From Chrysomallon squamiferum (Eukaryota > Animalia > Mollusca): 64,000 nucleotides of DNA. Position 1 is the stretch's first letter, and every line of letters starts with the position of its first letter. The stretch lies in the NCBI GenBank assembly GCA_012295275.1, contig CM022665.1:34472001-34536000 (forward strand), given 5' to 3'. The notes under the pieces are model-generated. The model saw only the letters and a list, made by a program, of their open reading frames with translations, was not told where the DNA came from and ran no database searches. Shown here one piece after another: positions 62,874 to 64,000 of this stretch. The translations under genes and the position numbers were made by a program.

Positions 62874-63501
62874 AATAAAAAGCAACAACAAACCAAACAC
62901 TATTTCAGTATAAAAATAAGTACCTCCTTTTCCCCCTGATCTTTGTTTACATGTTTTTCTTATCGTCTTCACACTCCTACACTTCGATCTATCGCCATGT
63001 TTTAATGTCAATGTTCGGTTCATTGTATTTGTTTCTTTATCACATTCGCTCCATGGACCTCGTTGATATACACATGCTAGACATGAAAATTATATAAAAA
63101 TGTTATCTGTATTTTATTAATTTCTTTTGATATGCAAACACGTTTCAAGTTTCAACACAAATATATACAAGCAGGCACGCACGCACACACACACATACAC
63201 ACACACACACATATGTTAACATACATATACACACATGCATATACATACAGAAATACGTATAGACAGATAAATATGTATAGATAGATACATACAGATACAT
63301 AACAGACATACAGATAACCTAGAATGACATATAAAAATAACTCACCTTTGCCTCTTGTTCCTCGTCTGGCCTTGCATTTCTTTTCGATTGTTTTCTTACT
63401 CTGACACGAAGATGAACTTCCACGTATCAGAGTCAGTTCTCTTCTCATCTTGTTTGTAGACGTATCACATTCACTCCACGGTCCTCGCTCATACTTACAC
63501 C
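59534..63501 (-). CDS. Multi-domain midkine/pleiotrophin (miple)-like protein with at least 6 tandem PTN/MK C-terminal-like modules; 5' end outside the window
   Basis: Exons 63501-63346, 63076-62924, 62195-62037, 61192-61058, 60593-60447 and 59664-59534 (TAA), all joined by phase-1 GT-AG introns. Five encode C(K/V)Y..(G/A).W(S/T).C-x20-C-x9-C, like midkine CKYKFENWGAC..C..TKPC; the last module is divergent. Confidence 0.85.
60600..60645. repeat. (TAA)n microsatellite next to a splice acceptor
   Basis: Seen directly; it produces the spurious poly-Leu and poly-Ile ORFs. Confidence 0.9.
61645..61905 (+). mobile_element. Degenerate SINE-like repeat in an intron of the midkine-repeat gene
   Basis: Central taaaagatcctttgctgctaattgaaaaaagtaatcc block, with a related inverted copy near 34270; family assignment from recollection only. 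Confidence 0.4.
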
Positions 63502-64000
63502 CTGAAAAACATTAATTCATTACTTTGCATTGTATACTGTTTAACGGCTATAAATACAATAGCTAATTAATTTATTTCAAGTGTACATAATTTAATATCT
63601 ATAAATATATGAATTAAATATTCTTAATAAATTATACCGAATTTAATAACAATAACAATAAATTAATTAATATATTTAAATTGGATATTTATAGCTTTTT
63701 TTTATATATATATTTCTTTAAATATAATTTATAAAGTAAAACGTTTTTAAAATTATTTTTACAATTACTGCGCATTTAATATTAAATTACCTCCGAAAAA
63801 AAAAAAAATCATTACAACAAGAAAAAGAAATATAAACATCCTATGCCCACAACCCCTGAGAAAGAAAGAAACTCCTCCCAGCACCCAAACCAAAACGCAA
63901 AAAAGAAGTGTCTCTTCTTCCGAATGTCAGCTTGCATTGTTTTGGTCGTGTAGTCTTTATTAAAAAAAAAAATCATTAGTTTTCTATTTTTATTTTATCG

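Noticed and set aside
60373-63448. Poly-Leu, poly-Ile and poly-Phe stretches resembling signal peptides or TM helices in the ORF track
   Set aside because: They are translations of intronic (TAA)n, (TAAA)n and poly-A microsatellites

Overview
AT-rich, intron-rich animal genomic DNA; the repeat landscape suggests a mollusc, probably a gastropod, but this is inference. Gene order: intronless ADAM10-like gene A (+, 4857-7322); a decayed ADAM10-like pseudogene B (+, ~10642-13056); 7-exon SDE2 (-, 20914-14739); an ~8.5-kb insertion with inverted ends containing an endonuclease-deleted, RNase H-bearing I-group LINE and a foldback MITE; intronless ADAM10-like gene C (+, 29616-32102); 27-exon codanin-1/CDAN1 (+, 35703-56391); and the 3' part of a gene built from at least six tandem midkine/pleiotrophin C-domain-like exons (-, 63501-59534, 5' end outside the window). 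Three observations stand out. (1) The ADAM10-like proteins end in a coiled-coil plus CUE-like (ubiquitin-binding-type) tail instead of the usual Pro-rich tail. (2) Their promoters look like copies of the region just upstream of SDE2, and the copy-C promoter has been split by the 8.5-kb insertion. (3) The midkine-like gene has one domain per phase-1 exon. All calls come from manual reading and alignment; no database searches were run.
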